From Candidatus Micrarchaeota archaeon (GTDB lineage: Archaea > Micrarchaeota > Micrarchaeia > Anstonellales > Bilamarchaeaceae): 64,000 nucleotides of DNA. The DNA is taken from positions 7,133 through 71,132 of the forward strand of contig JAFGCC010000025.1 of the NCBI GenBank assembly GCA_016932815.1, given 5' to 3'. The position numbers and the translations under genes were made by a program. Of this stretch, positions 19,132-29,600 are shown in pieces; position 1 is the stretch's first letter, and every line of letters begins with the position of its first letter. Under the pieces are notes generated by a model. The model had not been told where the DNA came from. It was given only the letters and a program-made list of their open reading frames with translations, and searched no databases.

Positions 19132-22071
19132 ATGTGCAAAAACTACGCATTTACCGCAGCAATTTTGCTGTTTCTGGCGTTCTCGGCATCGTTTGCGATA
19201 GACGTTTCCTCGTGCAACACCACGATTAACGCCTCCGGCGAATACGTCCTGACCTCCAACCTGAGTGGCGCAGGAATTAGCGTAACCGGAATCGACCAGG
19301 TCGCTGAGGCGTGCATACTAATCCAGGCGAGCGACGTTTCAATTGACTGCAACGGGTACAACATTTCCAACAACGGCACATCCGATGCAGCGGGAATAGC
19401 CGCAAACGGCACGGCTTCCAGCACATACACCAACATAACAATCAAGAACTGCCCTTCAATAGACGGATACTTCTCCCAGGTAATACTCAACCACACTGCC
19501 AATGGCAGCATACAAAACGTAAGCGCCCACAACAGCGCTGCGGTAGGCGTATACCTTATCTACACTTCCGGCACCAACCTGACCAACAGCACGTTCTATG
19601 ACGTGGATTATGGGGCATATATCTACAAGTCCAACTCCACTTTCGTTGCTAACACCACAGCATATGCAATCGGGACCATGGGCATACTCCTTGAAAATTC
19701 AAGCTACTGCACAGTGGCAGAGAACATGGTGCACAACTGCTCCACGTATGGGGGCATTGCCATGTATTACGATTCCGATTACAACATGATAATAAACAAC
19801 AGTGTCTGGAACTCCACAGTCGGGGTTGAGCTAAACAGGGTTTCCCACAACAACTTCACCCGGAACCTGCTCTGGGACAATGCATATGCGGGAGTCTATG
19901 CCAATAACGTGTCATGGGAGAGATTCGAGTCTAATACGATATACAATAATACCGATTGCGGGATGAATCTTAGTGCTTTCTCCAACAACACTCTCCTAAA
20001 CAACACCGTGCGCAACCATACCAACACGTATGGGATATACCTGCACACGTACTCTGGATGGAACAACCTCACCAATAACACGGTTTATGGGAATGAAGAC
20101 AGCATATACTTTACCGGCTCAACATACAATGTCCTGCGCGGGAACTTCGTGTACGACAACGAAGAGGGGATTTACTTTATTGGTTCGGCACACAACCTGG
20201 TGTGGGGAAACTTCGCGTATGACAATAATGATGTAGGGATATATCTGGACACTGGTTGCAATTACACCAATATTACAAATAACACAGTCTATGGTAATTA
20301 CGATGGATTTTTTCTGGAAGGGGGCGTAGGTAATAGGGTCTGGGAGAACCAGGCTCGGGATAATTCTGAAGGATTATACGTGCATTCTACAGGATATAGC
20401 TACTTTTATGACAATGACCTGCACCTTAATGTAGATGGCGGAGTCATATTCGTCAGCCACTCGGACAACAATACTCTGGCAAACAATACCGTGCGCAACT
20501 GCCAGGACTATACGTCGGTATCCATTGCCGATTCCGACAACAACACCATAACTGGCAACATGGTGTATGGTTCGTTGGATTACGAGGGATTCTATTTCGA
20601 CACCGTTATGGAAACGCTCGTTGCAGACAATGTGGTGTATGATTGCGGCGACGATGGGATATCCATGTATTATGGCGTGGAAACAACGATTGCCAATAAT
20701 ACTATATACAATGGTTCCAACGAGGGTATCTACCTCTACCGCTGTACAAACGTTACAGTTGAGGGCAATACAATACACTACAGCCCGGATTATCCTGGTA
20801 TCTCCATGTATCGTTGCCCCAACGTTACCCTATCCAGCAACATCCTCTATGCAAACCTTCAGGCGGTATATCTGCGTGACAGCAACTACACGATGGTGGA
20901 AAATGAACTGCGCGGACCAACCGGGGCACAGGCAGACTACACGGTGCTCTCGGCAGAGGACATATTGAATGTGACGGAGCAGTACAGCATAAACTGGAGC
21001 GATTCCCCCTCAACCTTCCCGAGCGGGAAGGCTTCCTTTGCGGGCAAGTTCATCAACATAACGACCGTTGCGGGAAGCCCCAGCATAGACACGATTTCCT
21101 GGTCCTGGCTCCAGGCCGAACTCTCAGGCTACGATGAGGACACCTTTGAATTATGGAGGTACAACGGCTCCAACTGGACGCTCCTCAACGAAACTCCGGA
21201 CACTTCATCCAACCTGTTTACCCAGGGAGACCTGGTACCCTCAAGCATATACGGAATCCTCCAAACCCCCTCGAATGAATCCGGAGGCACTGATGTGGAG
21301 GACTACGAATGCCTCTCCTCGTCCGAATGCCCCGACTGCTACATCTGCAGCGGCCACGAGTGCGTGCTTCCTTCGGGCTCATGCGCAACTGCCTCGGATT
21401 GCTCAGGAGGATACCCGTTCTACACCTGCGAGGAGTGCTCCTGTGTAGGGCACCAATGCAACGTTGATTCTGATTGCGGCGCGGGATACTCCTGTGAAAA
21501 CGGGGCGTGCGTCCCGCCAGAATGCACGCAGGATTCGGACTGCGATGCGGGATATTCGTGCGAGAATTACGAGTGCACTCCCCCGGAGTGCCTTGAAGAT
21601 TCCGACTGCACAGCAGGAGCAACCTGCTCAAACTACGAATGTACTCCTCCAGAATGCACGGTGGATTCCAACTGCAAATCCGGGGAGATGTGCGAGAACT
21701 ACGTGTGCGTCCCATGGAAGTGCAAGGCCAACGCAGACTGCCAGAATGGCTTCTACTGCGACAAGGGGGCGTGCAAGAAAGAGAGCATCCCCGGAGGCCC
21801 GGGAAGCAGCAGCGGAGGAACTCCCTCGGGAACACCCGGAGGAACCGGGGAAGCGGAAGTTCCCCAACCTGAAGAAGAGGGCCCCGGAACGGAACAGGTG
21901 GAATATGCGTTCCCGTTCCTTGAAGGGGAAGCCGGAAGCGGCATAATGCCCGCAATCCAGGTTAGCGAGGAACTAAAGGTTTCAGGATGGTGGATATTCC
22001 TGTTCCTCCTGATTCTTGTGGGAGCATTCTACTTCCTGCAAACTAGGAACAAGGGAAGGCGGGAAGAGTAG
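19132..22071 (+). CDS. Large secreted surface protein, paralog 2 (beta-helix + GSPSID module + Cys-rich repeats + C-terminal TM anchor)
   Basis: Signal peptide MCKNYAFTAAILLFLAFSASFA. NosD-like PbH1 repeats. The module FINITTVAGSPSIDTISWSWLQ...FELWRYNGSNWTLLNETPDTSSN. A C-terminal cysteine-rich array ending in a TM helix (WWIFLFLLILVGAFYFL) followed by a basic tail. Confidence 0.75.
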   Translation: MCKNYAFTAAILLFLAFSASFAIDVSSCNTTINASGEYVLTSNLSGAGISVTGIDQVAEACILIQASDVSIDCNGYNISNNGTSDAAGIAANGTASSTYTNITIKNCPSIDGYFSQVILNHTANGSIQNVSAHNSAAVGVYLIYTSGTNLTNSTFYDVDYGAYIYKSNSTFVANTTAYAIGTMGILLENSSYCTVAENMVHNCSTYGGIAMYYDSDYNMIINNSVWNSTVGVELNRVSHNNFTRNLLWDNAYAGVYANNVSWERFESNTIYNNTDCGMNLSAFSNNTLLNNTVRNHTNTYGIYLHTYSGWNNLTNNTVYGNEDSIYFTGSTYNVLRGNFVYDNEEGIYFIGSAHNLVWGNFAYDNNDVGIYLDTGCNYTNITNNTVYGNYDGFFLEGGVGNRVWENQARDNSEGLYVHSTGYSYFYDNDLHLNVDGGVIFVSHSDNNTLANNTVRNCQDYTSVSIADSDNNTITGNMVYGSLDYEGFYFDTVMETLVADNVVYDCGDDGISMYYGVETTIANNTIYNGSNEGIYLYRCTNVTVEGNTIHYSPDYPGISMYRCPNVTLSSNILYANLQAVYLRDSNYTMVENELRGPTGAQADYTVLSAEDILNVTEQYSINWSDSPSTFPSGKASFAGKFINITTVAGSPSIDTISWSWLQAELSGYDEDTFELWRYNGSNWTLLNETPDTSSNLFTQGDLVPSSIYGILQTPSNESGGTDVEDYECLSSSECPDCYICSGHECVLPSGSCATASDCSGGYPFYTCEECSCVGHQCNVDSDCGAGYSCENGACVPPECTQDSDCDAGYSCENYECTPPECLEDSDCTAGATCSNYECTPPECTVDSNCKSGEMCENYVCVPWKCKANADCQNGFYCDKGACKKESIPGGPGSSSGGTPSGTPGGTGEAEVPQPEEEGPGTEQVEYAFPFLEGEAGSGIMPAIQVSEELKVSGWWIFLFLLILVGAFYFLQTRNKGRREE
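21290..22071. repeat. Roughly 0.8 kb dispersed repeat copy A (3' Cys-rich/anchor region of surface-protein gene 2), highly similar at DNA level to 29520-30325
   Basis: Long runs of identical nucleotides are visible, for example ..TACATCTGCAGCGGCCA.GAGTGCGTGCTTCCTTCGGG.. and ..TGGAA.TGCAAGGCCAACGC.GACTGCCAGAA.GGCTTCTACTGCGA... Confidence 0.7.
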
Positions 22072-22306
22072 GCGCAGGGGGAATTTCTCCCTGCCCATAT
22101 CCTTTTTCTTATTCTTGGGCCCCAAGGGGCTCCTCCAGCTTTTTTGCAGCCGCAGCCTCAATAAAGTTTATATATTTTTGCCTTGTTATCCTGCTATTGC
22201 AACGGGTGTGGGTCCGAACCGCCGCATAATGGGCATTTGCATAAAATGCGCATTTAACGGGAGAGGCGGCAGCGGATTTGATGGGAATGCTAGCATATTG
22301 CAGCAT

Positions 22307-25300
22307 ATGGTGAAGACAATGAACAAAGGATTGGTTTTGCTTGGAATTCTGGTGCTTTTTGGGGCGGTTTTTTCAGCCGGGATGGGACATAGGGAAGTTT
22401 CGTACAGGGACAACGACAAGGTTGCGGAAATCTGGCACGATTCTTCCAAGATGGCAACCGTTGAAATCAGGAATTCAATGGAAAAGCGCGGCGGCCTCAA
22501 TTACCTGACCGACTGCGGAATCCTTACCTGCTCCCTTTATCTTAGCGTTTCCGCAGAATCCGCAATGGGAATTAGCGGGGCCGCAAGCAACCTCCACGCA
22601 ACGTACGCAGGAACATATTACAAAAGCATAGAACCCGTTGAAATAAAAGAGCCAATCTACGAATTCGTTGAAGAAGAATACACTTATGAAGAATGCGCAA
22701 ACACGACAATCGAGGAGGATGGCAGAAACGAGACCTCCCTCGAGTGCACCGAATCAACAGGCACCAGGACTGCAAGGATAATCACCGGATACGAAACGCA
22801 CATGGAAATGCGGGAAGTGTGGAAAGAGGAGCCCGGAAGGTTCGGCCACGGCCCCGTGGAAGTGAGGATTGATTTCGTAAAAGACGACCCCGCCGCGGTA
22901 GTGGACCTCTTTGCGGTAGTTGACAATGCCCGCATTGAGAGGTGGGCATGGTGGGATAGCAGTTGGCTCTACAAAGTCAGGGTAAACCTCACTTCCGGAG
23001 TGGAGGAAACCCTGAATGATTATCCCGCGCATTTCCAGCTGGACACCGCCACCCTGATTGGCGATTCTAAGATGCAGTCAGACTGCGGCGACCTCCGCGT
23101 AGTAAGCTGCGATGAGAGCGGGGAGGTCCCATTCGAGATGGAATATTGCAACCAGGGCAACACCGACATTTACGCAAGAGCGACCCTTGAGCCTTCCCCC
23201 GCGCTAAACTGCGTCTACGTATACTACGGGAACCCCGGAGCAGAAGACGGGCAGGACACCTGCAACGTCTGGAGCAACAATTTCACGAGGGTTTACCACT
23301 TCGAAGAGCCTATTTATTCGGGAAGCATGTTCGACAGCTCCTGCCACGCAAACGGAAGCTACAACGGGACAGGCTACATGGAAGATGGCATATGGGGAAA
23401 CGGAGTCCGGCTCTACGCCAACTCGGTAACATACGTGGAATTCCCCAATACGTACGAATGGGCGGACGGGAACGCATCATTTAGCATATGGGCAATCGCA
23501 AACTCCTCCCAATATGTGGGCAATACAATCTTCTCCCTGGTCAGCGCCTACACGGACCGCACGGGCCTTTGGGGGTGGAGCGTGAAACTATATCCCCAGA
23601 ACATTATAGCAAACGCGCGCATGGCGGATGTAATAGTTGAGTCACAGCCAAGCGGCGACACGAGCATGACCGGGAAATGGAACTCATGGATGCTCTGGTC
23701 GGTATCCCAGAACTTCTCAGGATACGGAAGCGCAATGTTCGTAAACGGGAGCCTGGTCGCAACCCAGGCCAACTCAGCCGTGAACAACGGCTACCCGGGG
23801 GTGCACATCGGCAACGATTACATATACCAGAATAGGGCCTGGAGAGGGGCCTTTGATGAGTACCGCGAGAGCAACGTAACAAGGAGCGCAAACTGGACGA
23901 TGGCGGAATTCCTGCAGGATTATGTGGTTGGAAACGAGGAATACCCCGAATCCACTCTTGCCAGGACGTCAATGGCCCTATCTCCTTCCACGCTGTACAT
24001 AGACGTGGTGGATGTTACCTGCTCTGTGAGCTATGACTCATCTGTGGACGAAGAATTCACCGCAAGCATGGGCCTGGCCATAAACGGGGTCCCAATAGGG
24101 GAATTCAACGTTACAAACAGCACATACCAGAACAAGGTTGTGTGGAACCAGACTTTCAGCGTGGAGGATTATACGCCCCTGGGGTCAAACCTCTCCTGCT
24201 GGAGCGAGGCCCACGATATTGAAACAACGCTTGAGATAGCATACACCGAGAACAAGAGCATAACCAACCTCGTGCCAGGATGCATGGTCTTAGATGAGGC
24301 GGGAACCTTTGAGCTAGAGGGCGGCATCTACGGAGCAGAAGACGTAAGCGGGGTATCCGGAATCTCAAGCGCGTGCGTGATAATCAACCATGGCGAAGTT
24401 ACGCTAAACTGCAGCGGCTACTCAATGGACGCAAACAACACCCCGGATTCTGCGGGCATACTGGTAAATGCAACCGGGGCATTGATTACTAACTGCCCCT
24501 CAATTTCCAGCTATGAAAAGGGAATCTATTTCCAGAACGTGCAGCAGGGGGCGGCGGAAAATACGAGCGCCTACAATTCAACCGAGGCAATAGCAGTCTA
24601 TGCCTCCTCTGGGATAAACCTCACAGGATGCATCTCCCACAACAGCACAAAAGGGATAATGCTTGATGGTGCGACCGGAATCCGCCTGGAAGGCAACATC
24701 TTCTTTGGCAACGGCTACGATTTCCATGTGGGCAACAGCAACTACACGATGCTCACCAATTACTTTACCCCGGATGGAACATTTACCAATTACACGAACC
24801 TCAGCGTGGCTGATGCCGTAACGCTTTCCGGGGCTTACATGGTTAGCTGGAGCGCAAACCCCGGCGTCGCGATTGCGGGCACGAGCTTTGCACAGAAATT
24901 CATCAACATCACCACAATTGGCGGAACGCCATCAATAGATGAATTGAACTGGAGCTGGAGCTGTTCGGAGTCATTGTGCTACAAGGAGGAAACGCTCAAC
25001 CTCCACCACCTCAATTCCACGGGGGGCTGGACACTCTTGAACGACACCCCGGACACGGCCAACAACGTCCTCACGCTCTATGATTTGGAGCCAGAAGGCG
25101 TTTATGGGATTTTTGACAACAACCTGCCTCCAGGGGTGGGGAACGTGACATTGAACACAACCAACGCAACCAACTCATCTTTGGAAAACCTGACATTGTA
25201 CATGGATTCCTATGACCCCAACGGGAACAGGATAAAGAACATAACCAACTGGTATTATGGCAACAATTACAAGGGCCCCAATGCGCCGACTAGTTCCATA

Positions 25301-26401
25301 ACCGCCCTCAATATGCCCTTTGAAGGCGGAAGCTGCCCGGAGTACACAAAGGACTACTCCAACCACTCCTACAACGGGACCGTGGTCGGGGCGACCTGGA
25401 ACGCAACCGGAGGGCACGACGGGTACGGAGCCTACCATTTTGACGGGGACGATTACATCACGGCTTCCGACTCTTTGCTTAACCTGCCAAGAGGATATAC
25501 GATGTCCGCCTGGTTCAACACTTCGGACAAGAGCCGCGACCACTTCGTCTTGTCCTGGGGGAGCAACACCCCGCTTGGCGCAAGGAGCATATTCGTGGAA
25601 GAAGGTACGGGATATTTCTCCTTCTCAGGATACGTGGAAACCTACCACACGTCTGTTGATGTGGCAGACGGGGAATGGCACCTGCTGAACGCAGTGCACG
25701 CTTCCGATGACATGGTAACCTTCTACGTTGATGGGGAATATGCGGGAGGGGACGGGCTGCCCCTGACTCAGACAATTACCTACACGGAAACGGTAATCGG
25801 GGCCGACCCTGACAAGGCGCAGAACGCCAATGCGACAATAGATGACGTGGTGATTTTCAACCGCGCCCTGAGCGCGGAGCAGATCCAGGCACTCTATGAG
25901 AACCGGACGGACATAATCGTGCCAGAAGAAACAGAGCTTTCGGACAAATGGTACACCTGCGTGACTCCCAACGACGGGACGCTGGATGGGAACGAAACCT
26001 GCTCAAACGACATGTTCCTAAGTGGCATCACATCATGCATGCAATTAAACTCCATAGCGAATTACACCCTGGTAAACGACATATATGGCGCCCCTTTTGA
26101 GCTTGACCCGTCAATGGGCGTTTTAGATGTGTGCCTGGCCCCCTACGCATGGGCAACCATAGACTGCAATGGCCATAGCATAATAAACGATGGCACCCCC
26201 AACGCTGCAGGAGTGATACTCAGGGATTACGGAGAGAACACGCGGGACTGCGCGTTTATTGCAGGCTATGAGGTAGGCATTTACTTCCACGGCGCAGACC
26301 ACTCGGAAATCAGGAATGTAACAACCGCAAACTCGACGGGGTCCGGAATATACATCTATAGCTCCGAACACATTAGTATCGTCAATTCCACCCTCGGGTA
26401 A
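22307..26401 (+). CDS. Large secreted surface protein, paralog 3, with two LamG/ConA-like lectin domains and beta-helix repeats; C-terminally truncated relative to its paralogs
   Basis: Signal peptide MVKTMNKGLVLLGILVLFGAVFSAG (ATG at 22307; the ORF is open from 22016 but overlaps gene 2). It carries the Laminin_G_3 hallmark ATIDDVVIFNRALSAEQIQALYE plus a second degenerate copy. It has a GTPSID module. It ends inside a beta-helix head domain without Cys-rich repeats or a TM anchor. Confidence 0.7.
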   Translation: MVKTMNKGLVLLGILVLFGAVFSAGMGHREVSYRDNDKVAEIWHDSSKMATVEIRNSMEKRGGLNYLTDCGILTCSLYLSVSAESAMGISGAASNLHATYAGTYYKSIEPVEIKEPIYEFVEEEYTYEECANTTIEEDGRNETSLECTESTGTRTARIITGYETHMEMREVWKEEPGRFGHGPVEVRIDFVKDDPAAVVDLFAVVDNARIERWAWWDSSWLYKVRVNLTSGVEETLNDYPAHFQLDTATLIGDSKMQSDCGDLRVVSCDESGEVPFEMEYCNQGNTDIYARATLEPSPALNCVYVYYGNPGAEDGQDTCNVWSNNFTRVYHFEEPIYSGSMFDSSCHANGSYNGTGYMEDGIWGNGVRLYANSVTYVEFPNTYEWADGNASFSIWAIANSSQYVGNTIFSLVSAYTDRTGLWGWSVKLYPQNIIANARMADVIVESQPSGDTSMTGKWNSWMLWSVSQNFSGYGSAMFVNGSLVATQANSAVNNGYPGVHIGNDYIYQNRAWRGAFDEYRESNVTRSANWTMAEFLQDYVVGNEEYPESTLARTSMALSPSTLYIDVVDVTCSVSYDSSVDEEFTASMGLAINGVPIGEFNVTNSTYQNKVVWNQTFSVEDYTPLGSNLSCWSEAHDIETTLEIAYTENKSITNLVPGCMVLDEAGTFELEGGIYGAEDVSGVSGISSACVIINHGEVTLNCSGYSMDANNTPDSAGILVNATGALITNCPSISSYEKGIYFQNVQQGAAENTSAYNSTEAIAVYASSGINLTGCISHNSTKGIMLDGATGIRLEGNIFFGNGYDFHVGNSNYTMLTNYFTPDGTFTNYTNLSVADAVTLSGAYMVSWSANPGVAIAGTSFAQKFINITTIGGTPSIDELNWSWSCSESLCYKEETLNLHHLNSTGGWTLLNDTPDTANNVLTLYDLEPEGVYGIFDNNLPPGVGNVTLNTTNATNSSLENLTLYMDSYDPNGNRIKNITNWYYGNNYKGPNAPTSSITALNMPFEGGSCPEYTKDYSNHSYNGTVVGATWNATGGHDGYGAYHFDGDDYITASDSLLNLPRGYTMSAWFNTSDKSRDHFVLSWGSNTPLGARSIFVEEGTGYFSFSGYVETYHTSVDVADGEWHLLNAVHASDDMVTFYVDGEYAGGDGLPLTQTITYTETVIGADPDKAQNANATIDDVVIFNRALSAEQIQALYENRTDIIVPEETELSDKWYTCVTPNDGTLDGNETCSNDMFLSGITSCMQLNSIANYTLVNDIYGAPFELDPSMGVLDVCLAPYAWATIDCNGHSIINDGTPNAAGVILRDYGENTRDCAFIAGYEVGIYFHGADHSEIRNVTTANSTGSGIYIYSSEHISIVNSTLG

Positions 26402-26632
26402 GCCTGAACCGGGGAGGCAGAGCGCCGCCGGCACGCTGAGCGCATGGCAGCAGGGGCACACGGCAAGCGGGGCGCCCCCCTGCAATCGGCATTCCGCCTG
26501 CGCCTCCCGCTTCCTAGGAAACGGGGCGTGCGGGCGCAGGGGCATCCCGGCATTGGGCGCAATCGCCCCACCCCCGCTTCTCTGAGGGCACCCATCACAA
26601 CATTTATATCCGTTGTCTGCAATCCATTTGGT

Positions 26633-29600
26633 ATGTGCAAGAATTTCGTTAAATTGGCAGTATTGTTGGCATTTTTCGCATTCTCCCTCTCCTTTGCGGT
26701 GGATGTCAGCACGTGCCAGGCGATTACCTCTTCTGACACGTATGACCTTACAACCGACCTTACGGGGGCGCCAATAGCAATAACCGGAATATCGCAGATA
26801 GATCAGGCGTGCCTGGCAATCCAGGCTGACAACGTAGTCATAGACTGCCATGGCCACTCAATTAGCAACACAGGGGTTTCCGATGCTGCAGGGATAGCGA
26901 GGAACCTGACTTCCACAAGCACGGTGACAATCCGCAACTGCAGGATTGCATATTACCACCAGGGTATCTCCCTGAGATACCTCTCGGGGGGAGCCGTGTT
27001 GAACAACACGATATTCAACACCTCGCACTACGGGCTTTCGATGTCCCAGAGCTGCTCTGGCACCGTAGTTTCCAACAACACGTTCCACAACAACACCGAC
27101 CATGCGTTGTACATTGGGGGGAACTCCGATAACAACATCATTACCAACAACACCCTATGCAACACAAGCGGCGCGTTTTCGGCCTTTAATCTGGGCAGCA
27201 ACTGCGAATACAATACTTTCGAAGGGAACCTCCTCTATGGAAACTATGTGGGCATAGAGCTTGGCTATGCCTCCAACAACAGCATCGAGAACAACACCAT
27301 AAGGAACAATAGCTGGCATGCAGTCGTCATGGACCATGGCGGGGACAACAACCTGACCAACAACATAGCCTATGGCAACTATTACGGGTTCTACGTTGAC
27401 CCCTATTCGCAGGGAAACGTTTTCGTAAACAATACTGCCTACGACCACATCTATTACGGGTTTTACGTCTACCGCGATAACGAGGGCACAACCCTAATCA
27501 ATAACACCGCCTACGGCAACAGGTATGGTTTCACGGTCGGTGCAGATTCCCACAACACCACCCTGTGGGGGAACACCGCCTACGAAAACGAGGACGGTTT
27601 CAGCATAGCCTCAAGCGACAACACCCTGACCAACAACACCGCATACAACAACACCCACCGTGGGTTCTACCTGTATACCGGCTACGGGAACACGCTCATA
27701 AACGACACTGCATACAACAATGGGGATGAGTTCTGCGTAATAGGCAGCAACTACACGCTGGAGTCGTTCCTCTTCCTAAACCCGTCCGGCTCCCAGGTGA
27801 ATTACACCAACCTTTCAATAGGCGACATCATGGACACCTCCTCGGAGGAATATGCGATAGGGTGGGGCGAATCCCCCGGCTCTTCCCCCAGCGACAGGAG
27901 TTCATTCGAAAACAAGTACCTCACGATATCCGCTGCGGGCGGCAGCCCAAGCATAGATACAATAACCTGGCACTGGCAGGATTCGGAGACTTCCGGATAT
28001 GTGGAAGCAATGCTTGAACTCTGGAAGTACAATGCTTCGGGTTGGACGCTCCTAAACAACACTCCTGACACTTCCGCCAATACGCTAACGCAGTATGCAA
28101 TGTCCCCTTCAAGCACATATGCGATATTCGAAAACGTTTCCGTGGACTGCGAAGTTATCTCCTCCCCGGGCACTTACAACCTCTCCTCCAACCTCAGCGG
28201 CGCCCCGAACCCGCTCTCCACCGTGGCGGGGACTACCGCCGCGTGCATAATAATCGCCTCTTTGGGCGTAACCCTAGATTGCAAGGGCTTTACCATAACC
28301 AACAACGGCACTTCCGATGCGGTAGGAATAGCCGTAAACGGCTCTTCCACGATAGATTACACCGGAGTGGCGATACAAAACTGCCCGGATATCCATGGCT
28401 ATGAAAACGGGGTGCAGCTATACCGCACCGCCGCAGGCACAATACGGAATTCAAGCATGTCGGATGGGCGGTATGGGATATACGTGTATGCTTCCCAGAA
28501 CAATTCGATAACCAACAACACCGTGCACAACAACTCCCAGGATGGGATATACCTGTATTCAAGCGTGGGCAACAACGTAACGGGCAACACCGTGCACAGC
28601 CATTTCTCAGCAGGGATTGCCCTCAGCACGCTGTCTATGCACAACAACCTCTCCAACAACGTGCTATACAACAATTCCGACCCGAGCTTCTACATCTCGC
28701 TTAGCTCCAACAACACGATTTCCAACAATACCGTCTACAACACTTCTGGTTCCGGGATATACCTCTTCTCATCCTCCGAATGCAACCTTACCGGCAATAC
28801 GGTATATGATAGCACCAGCGGAATAGAACTCAACTCGAATTCAATGCGCAACAGGGTAAGCGGCAACACGCTTTATGATAACGCAATGTGCGGAATCTGG
28901 CTCCAGTCCAGCTCTTCCAACAACACGGTATACGATACCTCGGTGTCCAACAACACTTACGGGATTTTCGCGCTCCAGAGCCACGACAACAACTTTACCG
29001 AAAGCTTCATCTGCAACAATTCGGATTACGGGCTTTACATGGTCTCTAGTTACGGGAACAGGCTGGCCAACTACAGCATCTACGGCGACCAGTATGGCGT
29101 ATACTCTTCGAGCAGCAAGTACGTGCTGGATACTGTCAGCTTCCTTCCCTATGGCGGTGAGTCCGTGGATTATTCCGCCCTCTCGCTCACCGATTCCAAC
29201 GGGGCAGGCGCATACAGGATAAACTGGAGTGCCACCCCGGGAAGCTCCCCTTCCTCGCGGAGCAGTTTCGAGAACAAGTTCCTCAACATTTCAACCGCTT
29301 CCGGGAGCCCCAACATAACCAGCATAGAGTGGAGCTGGGAAGATTCGGAATCATCCGGATACACTGAATCGGACTTTGAGCTCTGGAAGTACAACGCTTC
29401 CGGCTGGACGCTCCTAAACGACACCCCTAATGTCTTTTCCAATACGCTAACCCAGTATGCAATGCTGCCAGGAAGCATATACGGAATCTTCGCATATGAA
29501 ACTCCCACTTCCACAGGAGGGGATGATGAGGATTATTCGTGCATGACTTCCTCGGACTGCCCGGAATGTTACATCTGCAGCGGCCATGAGTGCGTGCTTC

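Noticed and set aside
22016-22306. Upstream extension of surface-protein gene 3 overlapping the 3' end of gene 2
   Set aside because: The translation before Met98 has no signal peptide and overlaps the gene 2 anchor. A classic signal peptide begins at the ATG at 22307.
26444-26632. ORF-track start of surface-protein gene 4 at 26444
   Set aside because: The Ala/Arg/Gly-rich translation is not protein-like. The homologous signal peptide MCKNF... begins at 26633, matching the gene 2 start MCKNY...
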